Shown piece by piece: positions 7,693 through 17,239 of a DNA stretch of 64,000 nucleotides (the stretch's first letter is position 1; every line of letters starts with the position of its first letter). The position numbers and the translations under genes were made by a program. Below the pieces are notes generated by a model. It did not search any database. It saw nothing but the letters and a program-made list of their open reading frames with translations, and was not told the DNA's origin. This stretch comes from a virus: positions 1-64,000 of IMG/VR virus record IMGVR_UViG_3300045996_003284. One strand, 5' to 3'.

Positions 7693-9645
7693 GTGGACAC
7701 CGGTATCATTGATACACTGCTCAACGCCTACATCGCGATTGGAGACGCGGCCATTATCGCGATCAGTCCGTCCGTGATGTATGTTTTTGTATCGCTTGGC
7801 GTGATTGGCCTCACGTGGGCGCATCTCAAGAACGCCATCTCTCAGCGGGAAAGCCCGGTCACGCTGCTTATCGTGCAGTTCATGTTGATCGGCTTCTTCG
7901 TCTGGCTGCTCCAGAACTGGACCGCTCTGACGAAGATCCTGATGGCGGGCATGGTCAAGATGGGTTTGCTGGCCGGTGGCAACCGGATGTCAGAAACCGA
8001 CTTCTTGCATCCATCAAAGATCGTCGCGGAAGGCATTCGTGTTGCCGCTCCGCTAATCGATGCCGTAGGCTTCTGGGGCTGGCTGACCGGTTCGAACATT
8101 ATTCTCGGCATCAGTATGGTTATTGTCGTCATGGCTTTCTGCGTGCTGTCGCTCCAGGTCTTGGTGGCTATCGTTGAATTCAAGCTAGGCGTTATCTGGT
8201 CTTTTTTCATGGTGGCACTTGGCATCTTTAATGGAACATCGTTCGCGGCCCAGAAAGCGCTTGGCTACGTTTTCGCGACCGGAATCAAGTTATTTGCCGT
8301 GGCAACGGTCGTGTCGATTGGCGGTACCCTGATCGCAACCCTGGGCGTGTTCGCTGACCCGGCCGCTCCGACCTACACTGAATCCATCGCGATTGCTTTC
8401 GGCTCGGTCGTGTTGGCGGCTTTGGCGTGGTTCATTCCAGCCAAGGTAGCCGGCGTGATCTCGGGGGGACCCTCACTGGGAGCTGGTGCGGCGGTCGGTA
8501 CGGCGGCGGCCTTGGCGGCAACGGCAGCAGTCGCCGGAATGGGCGGTGCAGCGGTGACAAGCGCGGCAACGAAAGCCAGTGCGGGAACCAATGCTCTACG
8601 AGCGGCGTCAACTGGCGGGAGCGCCACTCGTGGAGGACTGAGTCTGCCTGTATCTAGCGGCCCAGTCGGGCGCGCGGCCGGTGGAGGAGCTGGGCGTGGT
8701 GGCTCGTCTGCCGGTTCCAGCAATGTGATTAGCATGGGACGCGACAATCTGTCCTCGCAAATGAAGGCGAACCCTATGATGGCAGCCAATGCCCTGGAAA
8801 CCATGAACCGGATCGAGCAAGCCCACGCCAAGACTGTGGGGAAGGGTGGCGGAGGAGCCGCCGCCGAACATGCCCGCGCGCAAGCCTATCGCGGACTGGC
8901 CTGGGATATTGGCGATGCGATTCAGACCACCAATCCAGAACTGTCCAACAAGATCGACAGTGAACTAGGCCGGATCGAAGCGATGAAGTTCGAGATCGCC
9001 AAGGCAGGGGTATCTCCGCAAGAGAACAGCGCCATGTTGGCTGAGGAGTACCGAAACGTCACGACCAGGGCGCTGAACCTGGATGGTGGTGGCGGCTTCG
9101 ACACTCCAGCCCTGTCGACCGCGCTGTCTCCCGAGGGGCGGGCGCAGAATGCCGCCTTAGCATCGAGCCTGGGTGTCGGTGACGAGATCCGTTCCATGGC
9201 CGCGCAAGGCCGGAGTACACGCCAGATTGCCGAGGGGCTGGGTGACCGTCTGTCGCCCGTCAATGCTCAGGCGGACCGCCTTGGCGAGGGCAGCGACGCC
9301 AACCTACATCGCATGGCTGTCGTCCAGGCATACAAGGACCAAAATGGCATCCCGAACCCGAACGCGGAAGGCTTCAAGGCGTGGGCTGCGGCTGAAAAGA
9401 AGATCCGGGCGGTGGGTTCATCAGTGTCGGCTGAAACGCAGGCGGCAACGGGCTCATCGGCACTGGTAGCAACCCAATCAGGCGCTCAGTCCACACGATC
9501 CAGTACCCCGACATGGGCGCAGAATACGAGCTATACGGGTCCGACCACGCTCTTGAAGATCCCAGCCAATATCAATGCAATGGTTCCGCGCGACGCTGAA
9601 AAGAGTGCGGGCATGAACGCCGACAATGTTGGAGCGAAGGACTGA
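7693..9645 (+). CDS. trbL: TrbL (VirB6) with long C-terminal extension
   Basis: GTG after AGGAG; DTGIIDTLLNAY start, FLHPSKIVAEG, IVEFKL, PAKVAGVISGGPSLGAG; polytopic N-half. Confidence 0.92.
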   Translation: MDTGIIDTLLNAYIAIGDAAIIAISPSVMYVFVSLGVIGLTWAHLKNAISQRESPVTLLIVQFMLIGFFVWLLQNWTALTKILMAGMVKMGLLAGGNRMSETDFLHPSKIVAEGIRVAAPLIDAVGFWGWLTGSNIILGISMVIVVMAFCVLSLQVLVAIVEFKLGVIWSFFMVALGIFNGTSFAAQKALGYVFATGIKLFAVATVVSIGGTLIATLGVFADPAAPTYTESIAIAFGSVVLAALAWFIPAKVAGVISGGPSLGAGAAVGTAAALAATAAVAGMGGAAVTSAATKASAGTNALRAASTGGSATRGGLSLPVSSGPVGRAAGGGAGRGGSSAGSSNVISMGRDNLSSQMKANPMMAANALETMNRIEQAHAKTVGKGGGGAAAEHARAQAYRGLAWDIGDAIQTTNPELSNKIDSELGRIEAMKFEIAKAGVSPQENSAMLAEEYRNVTTRALNLDGGGGFDTPALSTALSPEGRAQNAALASSLGVGDEIRSMAAQGRSTRQIAEGLGDRLSPVNAQADRLGEGSDANLHRMAVVQAYKDQNGIPNPNAEGFKAWAAAEKKIRAVGSSVSAETQAATGSSALVATQSGAQSTRSSTPTWAQNTSYTGPTTLLKIPANINAMVPRDAEKSAGMNADNVGAKD

Positions 9646-9647
9646 AA

Positions 9648-10415
9648 ATGTGGAATCCATTCAAGGCCGCAGCGGATACGGCGGCAAAGACAACCGGGGC
9701 GCATGATTTCCGGTCAGCTAAGGTAGACGATTACGGCAGCGGGCAACCCATGCTGTCGCCGTTCCAGCGGGCGCGCCAAGAGTGGGATGACCGGATCGGA
9801 GCCCCGACCGTGCGGGCCAAGAACTGGCGCCTGATGGCCTTCGGCATGGCTGCAGTCAACGTTCTGCTTGCCGGCGGCCTGATCTACAAGACGATGTTGG
9901 CGCCGATGGACCTCTGGGCGGTCCCGACCGATTCCAAGGGCCTGATTACGGGGCAGGCACAGCGGTTTGCCGCTCAGCGGTATGTGCCGTCGCGTGATCA
10001 GGTAGCCGCCGACATCGCGCAATGGCTCGAATGGGTTCGGACGAAACCAGCAGATGGGGCGAAACTTCGATCCGACATTGAAAAGGCATATGTCTACCTG
10101 GACGATACGGCCAAGCGGAAATTGAACGAATATAACAAAAAATACGACCCGTTTGCGGCCTACAACAACCCGGAAAAGATGGCGCGCAAGACTGTCACCA
10201 TGACGTTTCCGAAGGTCCTCCCGATGGAAGGTTCGTCCTACCACGCAACCTGGACGGAGACTGTTTGGGAGTACGGCCAGTCTCGTCCGCCCTACACCAT
10301 GACGGCGACTTTCACGGCGACGGCGGAGGGGCAGACCAACGAGACCCTGATCAATCTCAACCCCGCCGGCACGAAAATCCATGATTTCGACTGGCGAAGC
10401 GATGCGATGCCCTGA
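9648..10415 (+). CDS. trbF: TrbF (VirB8)
   Basis: SPFQRARQEWDDRIGA..VRAKNWRLMAF; C-terminal NPAG.KIHDFDW. Confidence 0.93.
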   Translation: MWNPFKAAADTAAKTTGAHDFRSAKVDDYGSGQPMLSPFQRARQEWDDRIGAPTVRAKNWRLMAFGMAAVNVLLAGGLIYKTMLAPMDLWAVPTDSKGLITGQAQRFAAQRYVPSRDQVAADIAQWLEWVRTKPADGAKLRSDIEKAYVYLDDTAKRKLNEYNKKYDPFAAYNNPEKMARKTVTMTFPKVLPMEGSSYHATWTETVWEYGQSRPPYTMTATFTATAEGQTNETLINLNPAGTKIHDFDWRSDAMP

Positions 10416-10465
10416 CAAGTATCTCGTAATGTGATAGTTTATACTAGAAATAAGCCGAGGATAGT

Positions 10466-11461
10466 ATGAAAAGACTTGTCGCCATCATCACACCGGCCCT
10501 GCTGGCGGCCTGTGCCTCGACGCCACCGGAAGGGCCGACACCGACCAATCTCGTGTCGGTAGGCCCAGCGCCAGATGTCCAGATCATCGAGAAGAGCGTC
10601 CCGGTTCTTCTGGCGCCAGAGCCGGTGGTCAAGGAAAAGCCCAAGAAAGGCGTTGATCCGGTGACCGCAACGCGGGCTGCCAACAAACGCGCCATCGAAA
10701 TGCCTCGGCCCGAGCGGTTTATCGGCAGCACGCTGATCTATCCGATCGTGCCAGGTGCAACATACAACGTCCTGACCGCTGTCAACGACATTACCAGCAT
10801 CGAGATGCCACCGGGATGCCGGATGAACGCAAAATCGCCGATGATTGGTGATCCCTCCCACGCGGGTGACGATCAGCGACAAGCAAACACTGCTGAGGAC
10901 ATAGAACCCGCCAATTGGCTGATCGCGAAAACCTTCCACGGGACACCGCGTGATCCCGTTTCCAAGGTCGTCGTACGGCCCCACAAGCCGGATCTCCGGA
11001 CATCCCTCCAGGTTGACACCGACTGCGGGTCGTTTCGCTACAAGCTCATCTCGACCCAGGAGTCAGCCAACGTCACCGTCCGGTTTCGGCAGGAGCAGCC
11101 CAACCTTGGCCTGCCACTGCCTCCGACCGCCGAAGAGCTGGCCTCCAAGGCGAGGCCCGTCGCGTCCTGCGCTGACACGCCGGTTTCGGAGGTGCGGCGC
11201 AGCTATACGATCACGGGTGACCAACCATCTTGGCGTCCGGTGGACATGGATGTCTTCCACACTGCGGCGAAGACCTGCATCGGGATGCCGGACGGCTTGG
11301 GCAACCTGGAAACCCCGAGCATTTCCAGGCCCTCGCATGATGGTGATGAAGCCACCGTGTATTACCGCACGGTCGGTCGCTTCATCGAGGTTGATCAGAT
11401 CCTGCCAGCCGTGACTCTGAAGCTCGGCCAGGAAACCGTGACCCTGACCCTGAACCGCTGA
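10466..11461 (+). CDS. trbG: TrbG (VirB9), lipoprotein-type N-terminus
   Basis: ALLAAC lipobox, A.RAANKRA...P, PGATYNVLTA...ITSI, KVVVRP...LRTSL, WRP...FH; lies between trbF and trbI. Confidence 0.85.
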   Translation: MKRLVAIITPALLAACASTPPEGPTPTNLVSVGPAPDVQIIEKSVPVLLAPEPVVKEKPKKGVDPVTATRAANKRAIEMPRPERFIGSTLIYPIVPGATYNVLTAVNDITSIEMPPGCRMNAKSPMIGDPSHAGDDQRQANTAEDIEPANWLIAKTFHGTPRDPVSKVVVRPHKPDLRTSLQVDTDCGSFRYKLISTQESANVTVRFRQEQPNLGLPLPPTAEELASKARPVASCADTPVSEVRRSYTITGDQPSWRPVDMDVFHTAAKTCIGMPDGLGNLETPSISRPSHDGDEATVYYRTVGRFIEVDQILPAVTLKLGQETVTLTLNR

Positions 11462-11471
11462 GGAGACACCC

Positions 11472-12680
11472 ATGCAGCCTAAAACCCAGGCTCCCGGAAC
11501 CCTGCGACCGAAGACGCCAAAGCCGAGAGGAATCAGCCGCAAGGTCACCCTTGGCCTAACGGCTACAGCAGCGGCCGGCGTTCTGGCGGCCTTCGTTCTC
11601 GATCCAGGCTTCAACCTGCAGAATGCGCCGCCGGCCCAATCGCCGATGCTCAGCAATGTGCGTCCGGACCTGTCCGGCCTGCCGTCTGACTACCGCGAGA
11701 TGCAAACGGCCTCGATGGCCGTTCCGGCGGCACCCCCGGCGCCCAACCCAACGGATTTCCCGCTGATCAAGAGGGAGGAGCCGATCCGACAAAGTGGACC
11801 GGCCAAGCCAAAGCCGAGGAAGATCCGGGCCGGCATTGCCGTGGGTGGCGACGACGGTATCGACCAAGCCAATCAGGGAAGCGGCGGCGTTCAGACCGTG
11901 GCGGACACACAGCGATATCCTGACAGCGCGGCGTATGACGGCATGAACGGAATCGGCGGAGGCGGCACCATGGGGGGCGGAGGCGGTATGGCTGGCATGG
12001 GCGGAGGCGGTATGGCCGGCGGTGGCCGACAACCTCGAACGGCAGCCCAGGGCTTCCGGCAGGACAATGGCGGGGACGGGGAGATGTACCTGCCCCGCAG
12101 CATTCAGAACCCTCTCGGTGAGTACGAAATCTGGCCCGGAACCATCATCCCGGCTAAGTTGGCCAGCGCCACCAACAGCGAACTTGGCGGCAACGTCGTC
12201 GCCCGCGTGTCGGCCGACATTTATGACAACAAGGGGGGCCGCTGCAAGATGATCCCACGCGACTCGACCGTGTTCGGGAAGCTCTCTGATGAAGTCACCT
12301 ACGGTCAGCGCCGACAGCAGGCGGTGTGGAGCATGCTGATCCTGCCGAACGGCCAGAAACTGTCGCTGATGGGCATGGACGCGACGGATGGAGCAGGTCG
12401 GAGCGGTATCACGGCCAACGTCAACAATCACTACGGGCGTCTGGCGGTGGCCGCTATCGCGGCGACTGCACTCGACGTTCTCAGCGATCTGGCTCGCGAT
12501 GACAACAACGGCACACAGGTGAATATTGGCGGGGCGGCGGCCAACAACGTTACATCCATCGGCGACCGCATCATACAGCGCGAACTGAACGTGCCGCCAA
12601 ACCTGGAGCAGATCATCGGCCACCCGGTAAGCCTCATGGTGGATCGCACAATCGTTATGGGTTGCTACAATGATCAATAA
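11472..12680 (+). CDS. trbI: TrbI (VirB10)
   Basis: N-terminal TM, Pro-rich linker, PGTIIPAKL.S..NSEL.G.V.ARV...IYD, LILPNG, D..G.SG...VNNHY, RELNVPP. Confidence 0.93.
   Translation: MQPKTQAPGTLRPKTPKPRGISRKVTLGLTATAAAGVLAAFVLDPGFNLQNAPPAQSPMLSNVRPDLSGLPSDYREMQTASMAVPAAPPAPNPTDFPLIKREEPIRQSGPAKPKPRKIRAGIAVGGDDGIDQANQGSGGVQTVADTQRYPDSAAYDGMNGIGGGGTMGGGGGMAGMGGGGMAGGGRQPRTAAQGFRQDNGGDGEMYLPRSIQNPLGEYEIWPGTIIPAKLASATNSELGGNVVARVSADIYDNKGGRCKMIPRDSTVFGKLSDEVTYGQRRQQAVWSMLILPNGQKLSLMGMDATDGAGRSGITANVNNHYGRLAVAAIAATALDVLSDLARDDNNGTQVNIGGAAANNVTSIGDRIIQRELNVPPNLEQIIGHPVSLMVDRTIVMGCYNDQ
11941..12025 (+). repeat. Gly/Met low-complexity repeat within trbI
   Basis: GGGGTMGGGGGMAGMGGGGMAGGG; ggcggaggcgg units repeated. 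Confidence 0.8.
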
Positions 12681-12712
12681 CGCAATCGATAATGACTCGG
12701 CAATTGTCTTAA

Positions 12713-12757
12713 AATCCGATATAGTATGCTTTTATGACACTAATCGGATTGACACTA
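12713..12757. promoter_or_regulatory. Candidate operator/promoter upstream of tandem-RHH gene
   Basis: Inverted repeat AATCCGAT...ATCGGATT and direct repeat TGACACTA x2 in an AT-rich gap. Confidence 0.45.
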
Positions 12758-13092
12758 TGGCCGAGCGGGATGGGTTTACGAGCGTTTCCTTCACGTCGGT
12801 CCAAGAGCGCGGGTTTGATCAGTTTAAGAAAATTGCGCGTCAACGCGGTATCTTCCCAAGGGATCTCTTCAGCGCCGCCCTTCGTCAGCTCATCGAGGAC
12901 CGGAAGGCGGGATTGAAGATCGATTATCCCGCATCACGAAAGGGCGGTGTACGCCGCTCGATGTGGATTGAAACTGACCTGATCGCCGAAATGAAGGCGG
13001 CGGCCAGAGCCGACAAGGTCAGCAAGACGGTCTTCTTCCTGACCGCGATGAAACGGTACGTTGATCGGGAGGGAATCGATGTTGAGACCTAA
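12757..13092 (+). CDS. Putative tandem ribbon-helix-helix DNA-binding protein
   Basis: Two strand-helix-helix units (SVSFTSVQ..FDQFKKIARQRGI..; RRSMWIETDLIAEMKAAARADKVSKTVFF); start chosen at ATG 12757 rather than 12670. Confidence 0.6.
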   Translation: MAERDGFTSVSFTSVQERGFDQFKKIARQRGIFPRDLFSAALRQLIEDRKAGLKIDYPASRKGGVRRSMWIETDLIAEMKAAARADKVSKTVFFLTAMKRYVDREGIDVET

Positions 13093-13297
13093 CCTGGCCA
13101 TCCTGGCCAGCACCGCCGCTATCCTGTCTGCCTGCACCAGTCCACCACCGCCGCATTACCCGGTCGTCGGACAATACCCTTATGCTATTCCTCAGCACAA
13201 ACCGGACCCAATCCGTGAAACCAGCCAACAACTCTCTTTCATTGACCAGATCATGCGGCAAATCCAGAGTATTCAGGGAACGACCCAGCGGTTCTAA
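13079..13297 (+). CDS. Small lipoprotein (VirB7-like or exclusion factor, unresolved)
   Basis: GGGAGG RBS; MLRPNLAILASTAAILSAC lipobox; Pro-rich mature N-terminus. Confidence 0.6.
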   Translation: MLRPNLAILASTAAILSACTSPPPPHYPVVGQYPYAIPQHKPDPIRETSQQLSFIDQIMRQIQSIQGTTQRF

Positions 13298-13790
13298 ACG
13301 CTGGCTCCCCTTGACGCTGGGCGTCACGGCTTTTGCGATCGCCCTGGTCGCCCAGGCGCTTGGTCCCGTCGCGACGTGGAACCACACGCCCAGCCTCGCT
13401 ACAGGCCTCTACGTGCGTTCTGCGACGGCTCCGACTGTTGGTGCCATCGTCGCCTTCCCAGCGCCGCCTGCGGCCTTGGATTACGCTCAGCGGCGTGGCT
13501 GGGGAGGTGCCCCGGTGCTGTTCCTGAAGCCTCTGGCAGCCGGCCCAGGTGATCATGTCTGCGTGACTGACGACCACCTGGAGATCAACAGACGGAACAT
13601 CGCACCGGTCCATATGGTTAGCTCAGACGGAACGCCGTTGCCTCGATGGAACGGGTGCCGAGAAATGGCGGATGGCGAGTGGTTCGCGTATGCCCCGAGG
13701 ACTCCGAACAGCATGGACAGCCGATATTATGGGCCGGTGATGGAGACGGACATCGTCGGTGTGTTTCGGCCTGTGTGGACCGGAAGTTAG
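13182..13790 (+). CDS. traF: Conjugative transfer S26 peptidase TraF (pilin maturation); true start probably downstream
   Basis: WNHTPSLATGLY (Ser), FLKPLAAGPGDHVC (Lys), PNSMDSRYYGPV. Confidence 0.92.
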   Translation: MLFLSTNRTQSVKPANNSLSLTRSCGKSRVFRERPSGSKRWLPLTLGVTAFAIALVAQALGPVATWNHTPSLATGLYVRSATAPTVGAIVAFPAPPAALDYAQRRGWGGAPVLFLKPLAAGPGDHVCVTDDHLEINRRNIAPVHMVSSDGTPLPRWNGCREMADGEWFAYAPRTPNSMDSRYYGPVMETDIVGVFRPVWTGS

Positions 13791-13853
13791 AGCATCCCAT
13801 CCGGCGTCTTATTTGTTTGGCAATATCGCCCTAGAACTTAACGGAGTAGAACC

Positions 13854-14279
13854 ATGTTCAATTTCGACGAAATCGTTGGCAAGAAGAGTAAGAAGCAATT
13901 CGTTACCGTCCCTCTGACAGCAACGCTGACAGTCGCGGAACGCGAGATCTGGGATGAGATGATCAGGCAAAGCATCGAGATGGATAAGGCTAAAGACGCG
14001 GATAAAAACAATGATGCTGATGAAGACATTGATCAAGATGTGGATAGAATTGCTGATGAAGTTACGGATAAAGACACTGATGACCAGGACTATAATCGCG
14101 ACGATTATGCGAATTACATAATCAGTCAGTATCTTAGAATCATGGTCGATGAATGGCAAAAAGAAAGGCAAGCCAAACTCAAAAAGGCAGATCGTGACAA
14201 AAAAGGGGATACGGAACCCAGCAATGCTGCGGTAACCCCGATCACCACTGGGAGGCGTCGGCGGCGTCAGGCAGCCTGA
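13854..14279 (+). CDS. Hypothetical protein with Asp-rich centre and basic tail
   Basis: GGAG RBS, 141 aa, lower GC. Confidence 0.6.
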   Translation: MFNFDEIVGKKSKKQFVTVPLTATLTVAEREIWDEMIRQSIEMDKAKDADKNNDADEDIDQDVDRIADEVTDKDTDDQDYNRDDYANYIISQYLRIMVDEWQKERQAKLKKADRDKKGDTEPSNAAVTPITTGRRRRRQAA

Positions 14280-14285
14280 ATTAAC

Positions 14286-14323
14286 GTCGGTGTGTGTAGC
14301 CTAAAAGGCTCACACACACCGAC
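14286..14323. other. Strong hairpin (terminator or oriT-associated inverted repeat)
   Basis: GTCGGTGTGTGT-AGCCT-aaa-AGGCT-c-ACACACACCGAC. Confidence 0.6.
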
Positions 14324-14563
14324 TCAGCGGAATGATTGACTAAAAGTTGGTTTTCTTTGAGACCAAACTTTGGCATTGTAAACAATTCATCTCATTTGCC
14401 CTGTCCCGCCAAAAGACCAGCCCCTATGTCTACCTCACGGACATGACGAAAATATCGCCCTCACAAGAGTCATACTCCGCTTGATGTATGTTTGACGCGT
14501 GTTTCCATCGTTCTTTCCGCAACAAAAGTGCAGGACTCAGCGAAAAGGTACAGGTAAATTCCA

Positions 14564-15574
14564 ATGACATCATCTCAACAGCCTGTCAGCGTGTTAGGCA
14601 TGATGAGGAATCCCAGGACAATGTCCCCGAAGGAAAAAGAAATGCCGGCTTCTTCGAATTTTTCGTTCAAAAAAACATCAGACGGTGTTACGGATACTTC
14701 CCGAGGGACGACAAAAACCGGGTCGATTATGGATGACAGAGCATTTTCCACAGTTAAGACAGGTGGCGTTCAAAAGGTCTATAATGCCCCCGTCCAAGCC
14801 CGACGCGCGGTCGATCCGCATTTCGGGCAGACAGCCCCTCGCCCTCAATCCTCACTAGCCCCAGCGGAAATTCTGGAACTTGAGGACCGGATTGCCCGGC
14901 TTGCGACACTCTCCGGACGCCAGAACATCGCTCCGCCTGGTTTCCACCGAGTTACCCTGGATGATATCGTGGAAGCCGGCATCAAGAGTGTTTTTGATCC
15001 CGATCCCCCTCCTGAACTGTTCGACATCGCCAAGCGCTGCGTTGTGATTACGGTTCTTCGTAACCAGGGCATCTCTATACCGGACGTTTTCAAAAAGCCG
15101 AACAAGCACAATCCTCTCTGGTGGGAGGCACGCCAGAAAAGCCGCATCCGGCGCACCGAACCCGAAGCGTCGTCCATCGGTGCGATCGAGAGGATGCTTC
15201 GGGAAGCCTTACGGAACCGTGATGCAAAAGCGGAAGAGATCTTCGCCACAACACCGAGCGTTCCGGAGTCGGTGGTTCCGCCTCAATTCGAACCAACCGT
15301 CACGGATCCGACGCAACCGCCCGCTTCCGAACCCCCAGAACTTGCCGGCATTTTTGACCTTCCAGCCGAACCGCAGGCCGTCGCCGCCGAAGCGGTTTCG
15401 GAACCTCAGCGTCGGGATCCCCACAAGGTTATCGGCCGTGCCGAAGTCGATCGGGTAAGGCGGAATGTCATCGGAAAGCACTCAACGATGAAGGCTGAGT
15501 CCAAACGCCTCGGAGTCAGTCTGAGCGTCATTTCCTCGATTGTTGATGGGAAATACAAAGCGCGGGGGGACTAA
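14564..15574 (+). CDS. Hypothetical protein with probable C-terminal HTH
   Basis: 336-aa ORF; STMKAESKRLGVSLSVISSIVDGKY is HTH-like; start uncertain. Confidence 0.55.
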   Translation: MTSSQQPVSVLGMMRNPRTMSPKEKEMPASSNFSFKKTSDGVTDTSRGTTKTGSIMDDRAFSTVKTGGVQKVYNAPVQARRAVDPHFGQTAPRPQSSLAPAEILELEDRIARLATLSGRQNIAPPGFHRVTLDDIVEAGIKSVFDPDPPPELFDIAKRCVVITVLRNQGISIPDVFKKPNKHNPLWWEARQKSRIRRTEPEASSIGAIERMLREALRNRDAKAEEIFATTPSVPESVVPPQFEPTVTDPTQPPASEPPELAGIFDLPAEPQAVAAEAVSEPQRRDPHKVIGRAEVDRVRRNVIGKHSTMKAESKRLGVSLSVISSIVDGKYKARGD

Positions 15575-15576
15575 TT

Positions 15577-16107
15577 ATGCTGCGCATCGAGGGACCCGTC
15601 ACTGATGAACAATATGAGGAAATTCGGGAGGCCGCCGGGAAGGCTGGACTTAGCATGCGCCGCTATGTCACCAAGGCGACACTGAAGAACGTCCGCGAGA
15701 CGCCTATCCAGGACCAAATCGAGGTGGTTGTCTCATGCATCGCGCAGGTGGCGAGCAACATCCAGTCCCTGGCGGCGATGCACCAGAGCATGCTGGTACT
15801 CCACGCTGAAATGGCCATGGCGACCCGCAACATCCTGGAGACCCAGGCCCGCGTCGAGCGAACCTTGCAGGATGTTGATCAGGGATACCGCAAGCTGAGG
15901 CAGATGAGCGCCACCATCGAGACGGAATTGCGCGACCACCGCCAAGAAGCCTTGGTCGGTTTGCAGCGGCTGGAACGCCTTACCGACGACCAGGAGCGTC
16001 AGCGTGCTGGACCTCGGGTCTACACGCCCAACACGCTGGATGGAGAAAACAAGAGAGATGACAATGGCGTCGAAATATCGCCGACGTTCAGCGCGTCGCT
16101 CCAGTGA
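15577..16107 (+). CDS. mobC: MobC-like relaxosome accessory RHH protein
   Basis: VTDEQYEEIREAAGKAGLSMRRYV..ATL followed by IAQVASNIQSLA (cf. MobC L.RIG.NLNQIA) and a coiled coil. Confidence 0.65.
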   Translation: MLRIEGPVTDEQYEEIREAAGKAGLSMRRYVTKATLKNVRETPIQDQIEVVVSCIAQVASNIQSLAAMHQSMLVLHAEMAMATRNILETQARVERTLQDVDQGYRKLRQMSATIETELRDHRQEALVGLQRLERLTDDQERQRAGPRVYTPNTLDGENKRDDNGVEISPTFSASLQ

Positions 16108-16511
16108 TAGGGAAGCCCTCGCGTTTAACGCGGGGGAGGCATCACGATTTCGAAAAACCGGAAACTTGGATTTGGAGTCTATTCTTCCAGACTCAGCCAT
16201 TTTGCGGCATCGCGCCAGGGAAAGCGAATGGTGCCCTTTCCGGCGCTGATAATGATCCACTCACCCTCGACCGCCAGAACGATGCAGCGGACGCCGGATG
16301 GTCCAATGTATGTTTTGCCGACTTCCGGGATCAGCGCAGACAGGTTTTTTCCTCAGTCAGAAGAAACCTAGAGCGACTGGGGAAGGGCTTCGCACAACGC
16401 AGGTCGGTCCCCTACATAAGGATCGCCCCTTCCCAGTCGCTTGGTGCTCTTGGTTCTCCAACACCTCTGAGGGGTGTCAGATCGCTTTTGTGCCATGATC
16501 GGCCGTTTTGG

Positions 16512-17129
16512 TCAAGGCGGTTTCGACGTTTCTTCCGTACCGTCGTTTCCTACGCTAAGTTCCGCCTCGATCTCACGCAGCCGCGTCAGCAAACGGATGC
16601 GTTCCTGGCGCAGACGATCATGACGGCTCAAACCCGTGGAAACCATGCGCCGCCGGAACGCTTCGATTTCGTTACGCCGAACCTCGGGATGGATCAATCC
16701 CTCACGCTGGGCCTGCACGCGGACATCCGCCGGCAGGGTGGCGATCAGGTAGATGGTGGTATAGTTGGGTGGAAGATCCTGAACCGGCAAAGAGCCGCTA
16801 TCGATACTTTCGGCCACGGTGCGAAGCTTGCGGGCAACGGCTGGTCCCATCAGCAGATCATCACGAACCATGGCTTCATACTCGCCATGCGGTAGCGTGG
16901 CACGCGCCAGGGCCAGATAGCGACCAATGGTCAGGAAGGTGGTCTCGGCCTCTTTCCACAGCGCGCCAATCGTCTTGGCATAGGCCAGGCGACTTGGCAG
17001 CGGAGTAAGGTCTCCCGATCCGGTTTCCGGCGCGAGAACGACCGGCTTTGTGACGCGCTTGCGGGGTGGGCTGGCCGTACCGATGGGCATCGGCCAGGTC
17101 TTTCCGTTAATCGTCAGTCTGCGTTTCAT
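16512..17129 (-). CDS. DUF3102-like protein
   Basis: LTIGRYLALARATLPHGEYEAMV...ARKLRTVA...NYTTIYLIATLP. Confidence 0.65.
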   Translation of the reverse strand: MKRRLTINGKTWPMPIGTASPPRKRVTKPVVLAPETGSGDLTPLPSRLAYAKTIGALWKEAETTFLTIGRYLALARATLPHGEYEAMVRDDLLMGPAVARKLRTVAESIDSGSLPVQDLPPNYTTIYLIATLPADVRVQAQREGLIHPEVRRNEIEAFRRRMVSTGLSRHDRLRQERIRLLTRLREIEAELSVGNDGTEETSKPP

Positions 17130-17239
17130 AAGGTCCACCGACGCTATTGACGGGAAAGAACCCTATCTGTGTTATCGGTTGACGACTAGAGACAATGTCC
17201 CTGTTGCGCGATCCCGGCAAAGCGTTCTCCGGGGAACGG

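Noticed and set aside
16104-16895. 263-aa + strand ORF as possible relaxase after mobC
   Set aside because: No HUH/relaxase motifs; overlaps the better-supported DUF3102-like gene antisense
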